DNA of 64,000 bases from Patescibacteria group bacterium (GTDB lineage: Bacteria > Patescibacteriota > Minisyncoccia > Ryanbacterales > GWA2-47-10b): the NCBI GenBank assembly GCA_038065475.1, contig JBBTQY010000015.1:6608-70607 (forward strand), read 5' to 3'. Below, piece after piece: positions 1 through 10,885 of the stretch (position 1 is the first letter of the stretch; each line of letters opens with the position of its first letter). The notes under the pieces were generated by a model. That model did no database searches. It saw nothing but the letters and a program-made list of their open reading frames with translations, and was not told the DNA's origin. A program made the translations under genes and the position numbers.

Positions 1-584
1 GATATATTGCCGGCAACCGTCACAACCGTATTGCGCGCGACATACTGACTCTTCCAGTATTTAAGAAAGTCCGAACGCTTAATGGTACGAATATTCTCAG
101 CGGTACCAATCACGTCCCACCCGTACGCGTTGTCACCGTACACCAACTCTTCGAAGAGCGACCATACATAGCGGCGCGGGTCATCCCAATACATTTTCAT
201 CTCTTCTAGAATAACTCCTCGTTCGCGGTTAATCTCTTCTTCTTTGAGAAGCGCGTTTTGCAAAATATCAGAAACAAACAAAAGCGCCAAATCAAACTGC
301 TTGGCATCTACCTTGATCCAGTAGCCCGTCTCCTCTCGCGTAGTAAAAGCATTGTGGATTGCGCCCACCGAATCAAGTAGACGGTCGAGCTCACCGGGCT
401 TAGGATATTTTGTCGTACCCTTAAAAAACATGTGTTCCAAAAAGTGCGAAAGACCGCTGATGTTCCTCGCCTCGTAGTTTGATCCAGTGCCTACCAATAC
501 CAAAATAGTGATTGTCTGGGTTGATTCCATGGGAGCGACGATAGCGCGGAGACCATTTTTAAATTTCTTTTCGGTAAATTTCAT
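1..584 (-). CDS. Peptidase M16 (insulinase family) protein, N-terminal part. The gene continues beyond the window edge.
   Basis: The minus-strand translation reads MKFTEKKFKNGLRAIVAPMESTQTITILVLVGTGSNYEARNISGLSHFLEHMFFKGT..., which contains the inverted zinc motif HxxEH (HFLEH) of M16 peptidases. The ATG lies at 582-584. This ORF is not in the supplied track because it runs off the window. Confidence 0.6.
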   Translation of the reverse strand, partial: MKFTEKKFKNGLRAIVAPMESTQTITILVLVGTGSNYEARNISGLSHFLEHMFFKGTTKYPKPGELDRLLDSVGAIHNAFTTREETGYWIKVDAKQFDLALLFVSDILQNALLKEEEINRERGVILEEMKMYWDDPRRYVWSLFEELVYGDNAYGWDVIGTAENIRTIKRSDFLKYWKSQYVARNTVVTVAGNI

Positions 585-643
585 ACGATCATCATATCAT
601 AAAAACCCCGAAAAGAAAGCGGGTGTATATTGGCAAAAAATGC

Positions 644-1942
644 CTAGATGAGCTTTTCTCGAAATAGTGCTGCGACCTCCGAGATTACAATACGTTCTTG
701 TTTTGCTGTATCACGATCGCGAACGGTTACCGTACCGTCTTCCAGCGTCTGATAGTCAACTGTCACGCACCACGGCGTACCGATCTCGTCTTGCCTGCGG
801 TAGCGCTTGCCAATATTGCCGTTGTCGTCAAACATAACGCTGCCAAATTCTTTTTTGAGTCCGGTATAAACTTCTCGAGCTTTTGCGACGAGATCAGGCT
901 TGTTTTTAACAAGAGGAAAGACAGCTGCCTTTATGGGGGCGACCGATGGCTTGAACGCCAAGTATTCTCGTTTGTCGCCGCCTATCTCATCTTCACGATA
1001 TGCCGATACGAGGAGTGCGAGTATCGTTCTCTCAACTCCGAGCGACGGCTCGATGACATGCGGCTTAAGTCGCTCCTTGGTCTCTTCATCAAAATACTCA
1101 AGATCCTTGGAACTATATTCCATGTGTTTGGTAAGATCATAATCGGTACGATAGGCAAGACCGTATAATTCTTTTTTGCCAAACGGATACTCAAACTCAA
1201 AATCTATGGTGCGCTTTGAATAATGCGCACGATCGTCAGCAGCAATCTCAAGCTCACTGACCGACGTCATGTCAAGACCGATAGACTCGCACCAGGCGAG
1301 CATGACCATGCGCCACTCTTCGAACGCTCGCTGCCAATCATTTTCGCGAACAAAATACTCTACTTCCATTTGCTCAAATTCCCGCATGCGAAAAATAAAA
1401 TCTCGAGGCGTGATTTCATTGCGAAAGGCTTTACCAACCTGTGCGATACCAAAGGGAAGTTTAGGATGAAATACATCGACGATATTTTTAAAATTCACAA
1501 AAATACCTTGCGCCGTTTCAGGCCTTAAATACGATACGGCAGCGGAATCCTCCATGGCACCCACATGCGTTTTAAACATCATGTTGAACTGACGTGACTC
1601 ACCAAGCACCCCCCCGCATTCAGGACACTTGGCACCATCAACATGATCAGCGCGAAAGCGTTTTTTGCATTTCTTACATTCTACGAGCGGATCAGAAAAA
1701 CCAGCGACATGGCCTGAAGCTTCCCATACGCGGGCGTTCATCAAGAGTGCTGTATCAACTCCATACATATCCTCGCGGTCGGTTACAAACTTTTGCCACC
1801 ACAAATTTTTGATATTGTTTTTAAGCGCGACTCCTAACGGGCCATAATCCCACGTACCGGCAAGTCCGCCATAAATATCAGACCCGGGGAATATAAATCC
1901 CCTGCGTTTGGCAAGCGATACGATTGTTTCAAGTGAAGTCAT
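644..1942 (-). CDS. glyQS: Glycine--tRNA ligase (class II, single-chain GlyQS type)
   Basis: A 432-aa ORF with an N-terminus typical of GlyRS (GSDIYGGLAGTWDYGPLG...) and class-II synthetase motifs. Confidence 0.9.
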   Translation of the reverse strand: MTSLETIVSLAKRRGFIFPGSDIYGGLAGTWDYGPLGVALKNNIKNLWWQKFVTDREDMYGVDTALLMNARVWEASGHVAGFSDPLVECKKCKKRFRADHVDGAKCPECGGVLGESRQFNMMFKTHVGAMEDSAAVSYLRPETAQGIFVNFKNIVDVFHPKLPFGIAQVGKAFRNEITPRDFIFRMREFEQMEVEYFVRENDWQRAFEEWRMVMLAWCESIGLDMTSVSELEIAADDRAHYSKRTIDFEFEYPFGKKELYGLAYRTDYDLTKHMEYSSKDLEYFDEETKERLKPHVIEPSLGVERTILALLVSAYREDEIGGDKREYLAFKPSVAPIKAAVFPLVKNKPDLVAKAREVYTGLKKEFGSVMFDDNGNIGKRYRRQDEIGTPWCVTVDYQTLEDGTVTVRDRDTAKQERIVISEVAALFREKLI

Positions 1943-1979
1943 AGAAAAAACCTAGCACGGGTAAGACGTTATGCCAACG

Positions 1980-3875
1980 CTACTCCTCTACCGATCCCCC
2001 CTCGCGTGACGCGCGCGGATCATCGCGCAAAGAGGTAGTCGTCCGATCCGATATCTGAGTAATAGTGATATCGGCAAACGAATCACGCCCTTCAAACTTT
2101 GCGGCCGAGACAAGCTCCACCGCTTGACCTACTTGAGGCAGAGAAGGTGTCAATGCTATTTGAAACGCCACCTCACGCGCACGATTGGTAGTACCGGTGC
2201 CCGCAGGGATATTGCCAGGAATCCATGACACTTCGCGCGTGGCCTCGTTGAAGGTAATGGGGGCGCCCGACGGCGGATCGACAACGCCTCGCCATTTTAC
2301 ATATGAAGGAAGCGTCGCATGTACAACAGCGTCGGTAAGATCGTTGGTCGCATTAGTCACCGACCATACGATAAGATACGTCGTCTCTTGACCAACGCGC
2401 GGGGGTAGAGGTCCCGAATTGGTAATACGAGAATCATAGTAATAACCTTTTTGAGAAAAAGTAGCGCGTGTAGCAAGTTTATAGGTCACCACCTCTTCAC
2501 CCGAGATATCAACGCCCTCATATCCTGACGGTGATTCACGTGTTTGCATAATAGATTTAAACACGAGTGCGGGATTGCGTACGCTAATTATTTTCTTGGT
2601 TGCGATAGTAAATTCAAACGTCCCCGTCTCGCCCGGGTCTACCACCAAAAGTTCGGGGATGCGCCCCGGCACCCAGCGCAAAGCATTGCGACTCTGATCA
2701 AATTCTCCGCGGCTACTTGAGAGCGTTTTGATATCAAACGCCTCGCCTTCAAAAACTACCTCAACGGTAGCGTTTGATACTGCCACAGGAAGATTGTTTT
2801 GCCACTGGAGGATGCCTTTGACCGAAGTACCGGCAAGTAACACTCCTATATCGAGATCATCGGCAGAATCAATGACAAGTTTCGTGACCAAGAGTGGCGG
2901 CGTGATGGCAAATGTTTTTTCTGATGAGGTAAGGGTATCGAACTCATTTTTTGTGCGGTCATAAATACCCACCTTGGCCTTCATTGATTGGGGTGCGATT
3001 GAATCTTTGATGCGCCCCTTGATAGAAAGCTTGAAGGTCTCCCCCTTACCAAGATCGCCGATCGTCCAAATAGTATTGCCGCGTGTTGGCTTGATATCTG
3101 ATGAGATAAATTCAAATGCATCAGGATACATCATCTCAACTGAAATACCGCGAAAAGGCGTCTCGGCGCTCGATACCAGCGACAATTGGGCATCAATCTG
3201 CTGCCCCGCTTTAAGCTCCTTGGGTAATATCAACTCGAGGCCCAACAGCGACCCTTTAACGGGAGACTGATAAGAAGTTTCTTTAGCAAGAAGTACTGAC
3301 GAATCGCGCGGGCGATATTCGATCTTGGCCTGTCCTTTAAGAATCTCATCTTGTGCGCCAAATACGATTGCAGAAAAAAGTTCTTCTTTTTTATCACCAG
3401 GATTGATAGTACCAAGCTCACGGCGCTCCGGACGCAATCCGCCCTTCATGTAATCGCCCGCGAGCGGTTGCGTCATAGGAGGATAGGTAAAGACCAGCAC
3501 TGCCTTATCGAGTGCGATGTCATTTTTGTTTTCATACACTACGCGCCAGACGAGTTTTTTGCCAGCAATAGCTTCATCGGCTGACTCAACGGTAAGAAGT
3601 ATGTTTTTGCGTGAGTCGATGCCGAGAACAGCAAATTTCCCCGAGATGACGAAATACCCGAGTACCACGAGCGCGATCACCCCGAGACCGCCCCCGATAC
3701 CCCACCACAAAAGTTTGCGAAGAAATTTTTGCATAGAATCTTCTGCAGTTACCGGCTCTTCTTTCCAAGATACTGGCGCCTGCGCGTTATTTCGGCGAAG
3801 ACGCCAAGAATGCTCGCGGTCTTCAAACCCCTCGCCTTTTTTGAAAAGCCGCCGCCTGAGATCATCGAGCGCCAT
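1980..3875 (-). CDS. Large membrane-anchored surface protein (hypothetical). It has a short cytoplasmic N-terminus, one transmembrane helix and a long beta-rich extracytoplasmic region.
   Basis: The ORF is 649 aa. A hydrophobic segment (WWGIGGGLGVIALVVLGYFVI) is followed by about 550 aa of low-complexity beta-rich sequence. The likely start is the internal Met at 3875 (MALDDLRR...), which overlaps the recO stop by 14 nt. Confidence 0.5.
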   Translation of the reverse strand: MALDDLRRRLFKKGEGFEDREHSWRLRRNNAQAPVSWKEEPVTAEDSMQKFLRKLLWWGIGGGLGVIALVVLGYFVISGKFAVLGIDSRKNILLTVESADEAIAGKKLVWRVVYENKNDIALDKAVLVFTYPPMTQPLAGDYMKGGLRPERRELGTINPGDKKEELFSAIVFGAQDEILKGQAKIEYRPRDSSVLLAKETSYQSPVKGSLLGLELILPKELKAGQQIDAQLSLVSSAETPFRGISVEMMYPDAFEFISSDIKPTRGNTIWTIGDLGKGETFKLSIKGRIKDSIAPQSMKAKVGIYDRTKNEFDTLTSSEKTFAITPPLLVTKLVIDSADDLDIGVLLAGTSVKGILQWQNNLPVAVSNATVEVVFEGEAFDIKTLSSSRGEFDQSRNALRWVPGRIPELLVVDPGETGTFEFTIATKKIISVRNPALVFKSIMQTRESPSGYEGVDISGEEVVTYKLATRATFSQKGYYYDSRITNSGPLPPRVGQETTYLIVWSVTNATNDLTDAVVHATLPSYVKWRGVVDPPSGAPITFNEATREVSWIPGNIPAGTGTTNRAREVAFQIALTPSLPQVGQAVELVSAAKFEGRDSFADITITQISDRTTTSLRDDPRASREGGSVEE

Positions 3876-4446
3876 GAAAATAGTATAGCATGTGATTTGC
3901 GCGGAGTATCCCCTCGATACCCTCTTCAAAAGCTACCCGCTCATCGGGATCGGCAAAAAGCGTATCATCATCTTTTTCTAAGATAAAGGCTCGGGCTCTG
4001 GCGGAAAAAAATCTTGATTGCTCATGAATGTCGGGTAAGAAGCCGCTGACGTTAAGGGCTCGTATTTTGAAACGCGCCTCATCAGAAAAAGTACGTACTG
4101 CGTTGATACTCGCAACCAAATCCCACAAATCAAGATCGGGTTCTTCCCCTCCGGTGATGCGCAAGATAAAGTCAGCACATCGCTTGCGATGCGAGGTGGG
4201 GTTATCAACGGGCACAAGAGCCTCAGCATCAATAAGACGCCACGCGCTCCCGCCTCGAGTCAGCATCAAGCGTAACGGGGTAAAAAGGGTTAAGTGCCCG
4301 CGTAGCTTTGATTTGGCAAGACGTACTCCGGTGGCGATAGCATCAATCCGACCTAAATCTTTGGTAAAAAAAGTAAGATACATATCAGCCTCGCCACGCT
4401 CGCGAGACGCAAGCACGACGGCATCAGTGCCATAGTAATTGTTCAT
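3862..4446 (-). CDS. recO: DNA repair protein RecO. This is a short form with no obvious zinc-finger segment.
   Basis: The N-terminal OB-fold region (GIVLRxRDYGESD...A.GARRSK...L.PF) matches the RecO pattern. The ORF is 194 aa. Confidence 0.55.
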   Translation of the reverse strand: MNNYYGTDAVVLASRERGEADMYLTFFTKDLGRIDAIATGVRLAKSKLRGHLTLFTPLRLMLTRGGSAWRLIDAEALVPVDNPTSHRKRCADFILRITGGEEPDLDLWDLVASINAVRTFSDEARFKIRALNVSGFLPDIHEQSRFFSARARAFILEKDDDTLFADPDERVAFEEGIEGILRANHMLYYFHGAR

Positions 4447-4452
4447 ACCTCG

Positions 4453-7400
4453 CTATGCTTTTTCGACAGAGACGACGCTGGGCCCTTTGTTTGTATCGCT
4501 AACCTCAAGGTGTTTGGCGCGCGTACCCTTTTTGATAACTGCGAGCGCTGCGGGTGAAAATGAACCCGTGATCACGAGTACCACCGTATCGAGCGGCAAA
4601 AGGCCCGCTTTCTTGCGAGCGTCTTGAGCAAAACGAATGAGCTCGCGTACCTCGCCTTCTTCTTTGAGTGTTGGCGTGATAACCAAATCAAGTGCTGCGT
4701 CCTCAGTCAATTTACGATTCACGGTAATCTCTTTTACGTTGAGTTCTTCTTTTAGAATATTGAGGAGAGATGAGTCACGCAGTGTCATCCCTTTTACAAA
4801 CAACGCGCCGAGCGGCTGGCGTACCTTGATGCCATTGCGCGCGCGAAGCTCGAGGCCGCGTGCAGCAAGTGCTCGCACCTCATCCATACCGGCGACAAGC
4901 GCCTTGTTATAGGTCTGTTTTTTCGGCCAATCTTCCAAATGCACGCTCTCACGTTTGCCACCGGCAGCACGATATACTATCTCTGCGGTAAACGGGATAA
5001 AGGGAGCAGCAAGAATCGCCGTCTGTAAAAGCGTCTTACGCAAAACCTTGACTCCCTCGCCCGAACGCATTCGCTCGCGCGAGCGACGCACGTACCAGCG
5101 TGAGATGTCGTTACCTACAAAATCTTCAATGAGACGCGCCGCGCCCACCACATCGTAGGCATCCATGCGACGAGTAACCTCAGCGCTGACGAGCGCGCAC
5201 TTTGCCTCCATCCACAAATCAAGCGCATTTTTGCGCGAAGTCTTTTTTGCTACGGGCTTATACATCTCGTAGAAATTGAGTGTATTGAGAAAAAGGTCAA
5301 TAAAATTTCTTTTAGCTTTTTCGAGATCAGAGACATCAAAAAGCTTTGAATCACCCGGCTGGTTAATGGTAAAGAAAAACCAACGCACAGCATCAGCACT
5401 ATATTTTTCAAATAGATCCATGGGCTCCACCACGTTGCCGCGCGATTTTGACATTTTCTTGCCTTCCTTATCTAGAAGGTGTCCGAGCGATATGACATTT
5501 TTGTACGGAGCTTTTTTGCCAAGCAATGTGGAAACCGCAAGAAGCGTATAAAACCATCCGCGCGTTTGATCGATAGCCTCTGAGATAAAATCAGCGGGAT
5601 ATGCGATACCCTTATCAATGCGTTCTTTATTCTCAAACGGATAATGTTCGGCTGCAAACGGCATAGCGCCCGAGTCAAACCATACGTCAGCAACCTCAGG
5701 TGTGCGATCCATCTTGGTCAAACACCCGGGACACGTAACCAAAAAATCATCGATAAATGGCTTGTGCAAATCCGTCTCGCCAAGCTTATTGCGTGGCACG
5801 GCCACGGGAGCTACGCGATGCACATCGGCGTTTTTGAGATATTTTGCGGGAGAGATTTCGTCCGGTTGCTGCATGCCTCGCATAATCCCCTCCAAAAACC
5901 AAAGAGGATCGCCGTGCCCTACGACAAGAATTTTTTTCTTTTTATGCAAACTCTCGAGTCTTTGGAAAAAGCGGTGGCTGCGAATTTTAACATCGGCCCA
6001 TGACTCACCTCCCGGAAACGGATGGGTGAGAATTTCTTCGGCCGTATGTTTCTTCCACATATCCTCGACAAGCTCGCCTTCATAGTCTCCTGGATTATGT
6101 TCGCGCAAATCAGCATCAAACAGCACAGGAACGCGCAGCTCGCGCGCAAGAATTGCAGCCGTCTCGCGCGTGCGCGTCAGGTCAGAGGATACAATGAGCT
6201 GGATACCGGCTTTTTTGAGACCTGCGGCAGCTTTCTTTACTTCTGTTTTTCCGCGCGGCAAAAGCCCATATGAATCATTGAGCTTGGCAGTGGCAATACC
6301 GAGCAAATTATTTTTTGCAAAACCATGGCGCATCAGATAATAAGTATTCGAAGACTTTGGTGCGCGTTCAGTAAGCTCTGCTAAAGAGCCGATGACATCG
6401 ACGTGCCCACACTCTTTACACGTCCAGACAGGAAGCGGCGTGCCCCAGTAACGCTCGCGAGAAAACGCCCAATCTTTATCTTCACGGAGCCACTGGCCAA
6501 AACGCCCGTCGCGAAGATGCTGGGGATGCCAGTTGATAGATTTATTTGCCTCCACCATCTTGGGACGCACCGCACTCACCTTTACCCACCATGACTTACG
6601 TACGCGATAGATAAGCGGCGTGTCACATCGCCAGCAAAACGGATAATCATGCTCATACAATGCTTCTTTAAAAAGAAGGCCCTTCTGTATTAAGTCTTTT
6701 ACGATCAGCGGATCAGCTTCTTTGACAAATATTCCGCGCCACTGTGGTACCGCATCGGTAAATTGACCTGCATCGTTGACGGTTACATAGGTGGGTAAAC
6801 CTTCGCGTTTGCCTACCTTGAGGTCGTCATCACCAAATGCGGGCGCAATATGCACAATACCAGTACCTTCTTGATCGGTGATAAAGGTACCACTCACAAC
6901 CCGATATGGAATATCGGGCGCAGGATACGGCGCGTCATATTCAAGCCCCAAAAGCTTTGAGCCGGGCTCGCGCCAGAGCGGCTCGAGACCGGGAAAGAGC
7001 TTGGCCGCGAGCGACCCGAGCACGATAAGCTGCTCACCCCGATCATCAACGGTAACGTACTCGAGATCTGGATGAACGGCTGCCGCTACGTTTGCAGGCA
7101 ATGTCCATGGAGTTGTCGTCCAAACCAACAAAGACGCGCGGCGTGTCTTGAGACGAAAACGCACATAAACCGAAGGATCTTTTACTTTTTTATATCCTTG
7201 GGCGAGCTCGTGCGATGATAATGCGGTGCCACAACGCGCGCACCACGGCACCACCTTGTCATCTTGGTAGAGTAGCTTGCGTGAGGCAAACTCTTTGACA
7301 ATCCACCAGAGTGATTCGATATAAGAATTTTTGTATGTGACATAGGCATCTTTTGTGTCTAGCCAATACCCCATGCGTTCGGTAACCTTCTCCCACTGAT

Positions 7401-7812
7401 TGGTATATGACCACACCGATTCTTTACACTTGCGATTAAAAGGTTCGATACCGTATGCCTCAATGTCTTGCTTTAATTTAAAACCGAGCGCTTTCTCAAC
7501 GCCGATCTCGACAGGAAGGCCGTGAGTATCCCACCCAGCACGGCGCTCAACCAAAAACCCCTGCATAGTTTTATAACGCGCCACAACATCTTTAAATGCG
7601 CGCGCCTCCACATGATGCAGGCCCGGCATGCCATTTGCGGTAGGCGGCCCCTCAAAAAAAACAAAGCGCTTTGCTTTCCGCGCGCGCTGCCGAATACTCT
7701 TTTCAAAAATTTTTTTCTGGGTCCAAAATCCAAGGACTCCAAGCTCGTCTCGCATTTTTTTATCATAATCGAAATACCTCCCTCTTTCAATACCAAAACA
7801 AAATGCGCCCAT
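4453..7812 (-). CDS. ileS: Isoleucine--tRNA ligase carrying an embedded histidine-phosphatase-like domain
   Basis: The ORF is 1119 aa. Its N-terminus has the class-I HIGH-type region (PPTANGMPGLHH), and it contains TTPWT, WCWRC, a WTCKECG zinc knuckle, DVWFDSG and KMSKS. Residues about 485-668 (nt about 5809-6360) form an inserted domain with RHG, SSDLTRTRETA and VGHGD motifs. Confidence 0.9.
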   Translation of the reverse strand: MGAFCFGIERGRYFDYDKKMRDELGVLGFWTQKKIFEKSIRQRARKAKRFVFFEGPPTANGMPGLHHVEARAFKDVVARYKTMQGFLVERRAGWDTHGLPVEIGVEKALGFKLKQDIEAYGIEPFNRKCKESVWSYTNQWEKVTERMGYWLDTKDAYVTYKNSYIESLWWIVKEFASRKLLYQDDKVVPWCARCGTALSSHELAQGYKKVKDPSVYVRFRLKTRRASLLVWTTTPWTLPANVAAAVHPDLEYVTVDDRGEQLIVLGSLAAKLFPGLEPLWREPGSKLLGLEYDAPYPAPDIPYRVVSGTFITDQEGTGIVHIAPAFGDDDLKVGKREGLPTYVTVNDAGQFTDAVPQWRGIFVKEADPLIVKDLIQKGLLFKEALYEHDYPFCWRCDTPLIYRVRKSWWVKVSAVRPKMVEANKSINWHPQHLRDGRFGQWLREDKDWAFSRERYWGTPLPVWTCKECGHVDVIGSLAELTERAPKSSNTYYLMRHGFAKNNLLGIATAKLNDSYGLLPRGKTEVKKAAAGLKKAGIQLIVSSDLTRTRETAAILARELRVPVLFDADLREHNPGDYEGELVEDMWKKHTAEEILTHPFPGGESWADVKIRSHRFFQRLESLHKKKKILVVGHGDPLWFLEGIMRGMQQPDEISPAKYLKNADVHRVAPVAVPRNKLGETDLHKPFIDDFLVTCPGCLTKMDRTPEVADVWFDSGAMPFAAEHYPFENKERIDKGIAYPADFISEAIDQTRGWFYTLLAVSTLLGKKAPYKNVISLGHLLDKEGKKMSKSRGNVVEPMDLFEKYSADAVRWFFFTINQPGDSKLFDVSDLEKAKRNFIDLFLNTLNFYEMYKPVAKKTSRKNALDLWMEAKCALVSAEVTRRMDAYDVVGAARLIEDFVGNDISRWYVRRSRERMRSGEGVKVLRKTLLQTAILAAPFIPFTAEIVYRAAGGKRESVHLEDWPKKQTYNKALVAGMDEVRALAARGLELRARNGIKVRQPLGALFVKGMTLRDSSLLNILKEELNVKEITVNRKLTEDAALDLVITPTLKEEGEVRELIRFAQDARKKAGLLPLDTVVLVITGSFSPAALAVIKKGTRAKHLEVSDTNKGPSVVSVEKA
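5809..6360 (-). other. Histidine phosphatase (phosphoglycerate-mutase-like) domain inserted within IleS
   Basis: The segment LMRHGFAKNN ... SSDLTRTRETAAIL ... VVGHGDPLWFL matches the branch-1 histidine phosphatase signature ([LIVM]xRHG; SS.L.R...TA; .GHG). It lies between the CKECG zinc knuckle and the CPGC/DVWFDSG region. Confidence 0.6.
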
Positions 7813-7844
7813 GGGCGCATTTTGACATCGAATTTTTTACAAGA

Positions 7845-8546
7845 TTATTCGGCTATAACTACTTCGGTCATAACATCGCCCTGCGCAATTTTAAGCAAGA
7901 TATCCATTCCTTTAGTTACACGACCAAAGACGGTATGGCGACCATCGAGATGCGGCTGAGCACTTTCCGTGATGATGAAAAACTGACTGCCATTGGTGTT
8001 TGGCCCTCGATTTGCCATCGAAATAACACCTACGTCATTTTTCATCGACTTAAGCTCGTAATTGTATTTGTATCCAGCACTCTCGAGGCCTGCAATGGTT
8101 TCAGCGGGCACGTCAAGAACTTTTGGATTAATCTCATCTTCAAATTCATAGCCGGGACCACCCGTGCCATTGCCGACAGGATCGCCGCCCTGCGCCATAA
8201 AGCCTGCGATTACCCGATGAAACGTCAATCCGTTGTAAAATCCTTTTTTCGCTAATCCCACAAAGTTTGAAACAGTCTTTGGTGCGACACTAGGGTAAAG
8301 CTCGAGTTCGATATCACCTTTTTGTGTTTTGATTGTTGCTTTCACAGTTTCTCCTTGAAATTGCATAACCTCGGGCTCAGTCATTGTCTCAGAAGACGGT
8401 TGCGTTGCCTGATCGGTCAGTGAGGCAGTACCAGCATTGTCTACCGGTTTTGCGGGCGCGCTCGTACCAAGCCAAACAACTCCGCCAAATACAACGAAGA
8501 GTGCGAGAAGTCCGATAATAACATTTCGTGGTTGTTGCATATCCAT
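7845..8546 (-). CDS. ppiB: Peptidyl-prolyl cis-trans isomerase, cyclophilin type, with an N-terminal membrane anchor
   Basis: The cyclophilin core is present ([15 protein letters not shown]...GTGGPGY...QFFI). An N-terminal hydrophobic anchor is present ([19 protein letters not shown]). The start was chosen at the internal MDMQQ (8546); the longest ORF would extend to 8627. Confidence 0.85.
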   Translation of the reverse strand: MDMQQPRNVIIGLLALFVVFGGVVWLGTSAPAKPVDNAGTASLTDQATQPSSETMTEPEVMQFQGETVKATIKTQKGDIELELYPSVAPKTVSNFVGLAKKGFYNGLTFHRVIAGFMAQGGDPVGNGTGGPGYEFEDEINPKVLDVPAETIAGLESAGYKYNYELKSMKNDVGVISMANRGPNTNGSQFFIITESAQPHLDGRHTVFGRVTKGMDILLKIAQGDVMTEVVIAE

Positions 8547-8587
8547 ATGTGAAGATAGTAATTGTTTTTTGAGAGAGACGCAACTGT

Positions 8588-10216
8588 TTACATCGTTTCC
8601 GGAGTTGAGATGCCCATGAGCTGGCACTGACGACGCAACGTATCACGGAAAAGAGAAACGAGCGCTAAGCGCGCGTATTCAAGATCGGCACGTTCGCCAA
8701 TCACATGCGTCGTCTCATAAAAATGCGTAAAAGCGCGAGCGAAATCAACCGCAAAGCGCGAGAGGCGCTGGAGCGCAAAATCTTCGGCGGTCTGACTTAT
8801 CACGTCGGGCAATGCCAAAACCATCTTGATAAGCGCCCACTCAGCCTCAGTCTCGAGTACCGGCCACGCAACTTTTTTATAATTTATTTTGCGCCCTTGC
8901 TGATATCCAGCTTTTTTGAGAATGCTTGATGCGCGCGCATACGCATACTGTATATAGTAGACAGGATTGTCTTTTGATTTGGCGCGTGCCAAATCTATAT
9001 CAAAGGTCATGGCAGAGCGTGGCGCGTACTGCAGCATGAAAAACCGAAAGGCGTCTTTGCCCACGGTATCGAGTAATTCTTCGGCGGTGACAAAATTGCC
9101 CTTGCGCTTGGCCATCGAAACTACCTGACCATCTTTTTTGAGTGTTACAAGACCGTGAACCACGATCTTAAGATTTTCTTGAGGGAATCCAAAGGCATCA
9201 GCAACTGCGCGAAGTTTTGGTATATGGCCTTCATGACCATCACCCAACTCATCTACCACTAAATCTGCGCGTTTAAATTTTTCTGCATGGTACGCAATAT
9301 CGTTTGCGAAATAGACATAGGTGCCGTCACTCTTGATGACGACTGCCTCGCGCTCGCCCAAATTGTCGTCTTTAGGTGTAAACCACGTGGCACCTTCTTT
9401 TTTGGTCAACAATCCTTTTTTATCAAGCAGGGCGAGCGCGCGCTTGGTTTTCGCCTCAAGATCGCTCTCGGCAGTCACCTTATCGAACAAAATACCCATA
9501 CGCTTTGCCAAAGCCAAGTTATCTTTGAGCATGCGCGCGAGCGCGACTTTGGTAATACGTTCTTTATAAATATCAGGTTTGTTAACAATCTTGGCGCCGT
9601 ATTTTTTGTGTACGGCTTTGCCCATCTCTTGGACATACTCACCTTGATAGCCGTCTTCTGCGAGCGTTGACTCTTCTCCGCACGCGATCAAATACCAATG
9701 CCAAAGTGAGTTGGCAAAGCGACCAATCTGCGCGCCCGCATCGTTGTGAAAATATTCACGCACTACTTTGTATCCGCGATCAGCGAGAAGATTCGCCACT
9801 ACGTCGCCGATGGGTCCTGAGCGCGCATTGCCCACATGCATGGGGCCCGTAGGATTAGCTGAGACATATTCAACCGATGCCGTACCAAGCTTTGGCTTTG
9901 GCATCGGCGCGAAAGAATCGCGCAAGATCTCAGTCAGATACTGTTTATCAAAATAAAAATTTAGGAAGCCGGGTTGAGCTGCCTCGATCTTGCTGAAAAC
10001 AGGTAGGTGTTTTTCTTTGACGCGTATGGCGATATCTTCGGCGACCGCCATGGGCAAGCGCTTCTCAACTTTGGCGCGTACAAGCGCGATGTTTGACGAA
10101 TAGTCTCCCCGCCCCGCTACCTCTTGGCGCTCGACCGAAAAAGGCACGTCACTACCTATCTCGCGGCGCAAGACATCTTCTATATAGGTACGTAGATTCC
10201 GCTCCATAGGCATCAC
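8588..10216 (-). CDS. argS: Arginine--tRNA ligase
   Basis: A 542-aa ORF with a HIGH-type motif ([17 protein letters not shown]) and the ArgRS anticodon-binding C-terminus. Confidence 0.9.
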   Translation of the reverse strand: MMPMERNLRTYIEDVLRREIGSDVPFSVERQEVAGRGDYSSNIALVRAKVEKRLPMAVAEDIAIRVKEKHLPVFSKIEAAQPGFLNFYFDKQYLTEILRDSFAPMPKPKLGTASVEYVSANPTGPMHVGNARSGPIGDVVANLLADRGYKVVREYFHNDAGAQIGRFANSLWHWYLIACGEESTLAEDGYQGEYVQEMGKAVHKKYGAKIVNKPDIYKERITKVALARMLKDNLALAKRMGILFDKVTAESDLEAKTKRALALLDKKGLLTKKEGATWFTPKDDNLGEREAVVIKSDGTYVYFANDIAYHAEKFKRADLVVDELGDGHEGHIPKLRAVADAFGFPQENLKIVVHGLVTLKKDGQVVSMAKRKGNFVTAEELLDTVGKDAFRFFMLQYAPRSAMTFDIDLARAKSKDNPVYYIQYAYARASSILKKAGYQQGRKINYKKVAWPVLETEAEWALIKMVLALPDVISQTAEDFALQRLSRFAVDFARAFTHFYETTHVIGERADLEYARLALVSLFRDTLRRQCQLMGISTPETM

Positions 10217-10328
10217 TCTAACGCAAAAACCATATTTGTTCTATATTTGAAGAGCGAATGCTTTCGAGCGACGGCGTCGGAGCCCTTTAGGGTTAAGCCG
10301 CGCGAATAAAGCATTTGCTCTGAAAATC

Positions 10329-10769
10329 ATGTCTACCGAAAACAAAAAAGTACACTTTGACTACGAGATACTCGAAACCTATGAGGCGGGTATCGAGCTT
10401 TTTGGCTTTGAGGTCAAATCAATACGCGCGGGCAACGCCCATCTAGAAGGTGCGCGCGTGCTCATCCGTGGGGGCGAGGCATTTTTGGTAGGCGCCAGCA
10501 TACCCCCCTACCAACAACCCAATACTCCGCCATCATATGAGCCTGACCGCACACGCAAGCTTTTACTTCATAAAAAAGAGCTTTCGTACCTCGCTGGCAA
10601 GGAGCATGAGAAGGGCTTGACATTGGTACCAATTAAGTTGTATAATAAAGCCCGTACCATCAAGCTTGAGTTTGGTGTTGCGCGCGGGAAAAAGAAAGCT
10701 GACAAACGCGAAGTCATCAAGACACGCGAGGTCAAACGATCGATTTCTCGAGAATTGAAAAAATACTAG
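10329..10769 (+). CDS. smpB: SsrA-binding protein SmpB
   Basis: A 146-aa ORF with a typical SmpB sequence (KKVHFDYEILETYEAGIEL.G.EVKSIR....L.G), followed immediately by the tmRNA gene. Confidence 0.9.
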   Translation: MSTENKKVHFDYEILETYEAGIELFGFEVKSIRAGNAHLEGARVLIRGGEAFLVGASIPPYQQPNTPPSYEPDRTRKLLLHKKELSYLAGKEHEKGLTLVPIKLYNKARTIKLEFGVARGKKKADKREVIKTREVKRSISRELKKY

Positions 10770-10885
10770 AGCAGTTTGGTACTTCCAAAAATCGCCCCCA
10801 GCATGCAAAGGGATAGGTCGCTGGTTAATATGTCTCGCCTATCGGCGAGAGCAGCGACCGCAAAAATTGCCTTGGGGCAATTTTT

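Noticed and set aside
698-1942. Antisense ORFs inside glyQS and ileS (e.g. 698..1168, 1223..1528, 7671..8255)
   Set aside because: They overlap well-supported conserved genes on the opposite strand and show no motifs or RBS.
10217-10328. argS-smpB intergenic 8-bp inverted repeat (gaatgcttt ... aaagcattt) around a GC-rich loop
   Set aside because: It is weak and short and could be incidental. It is kept only as a note.
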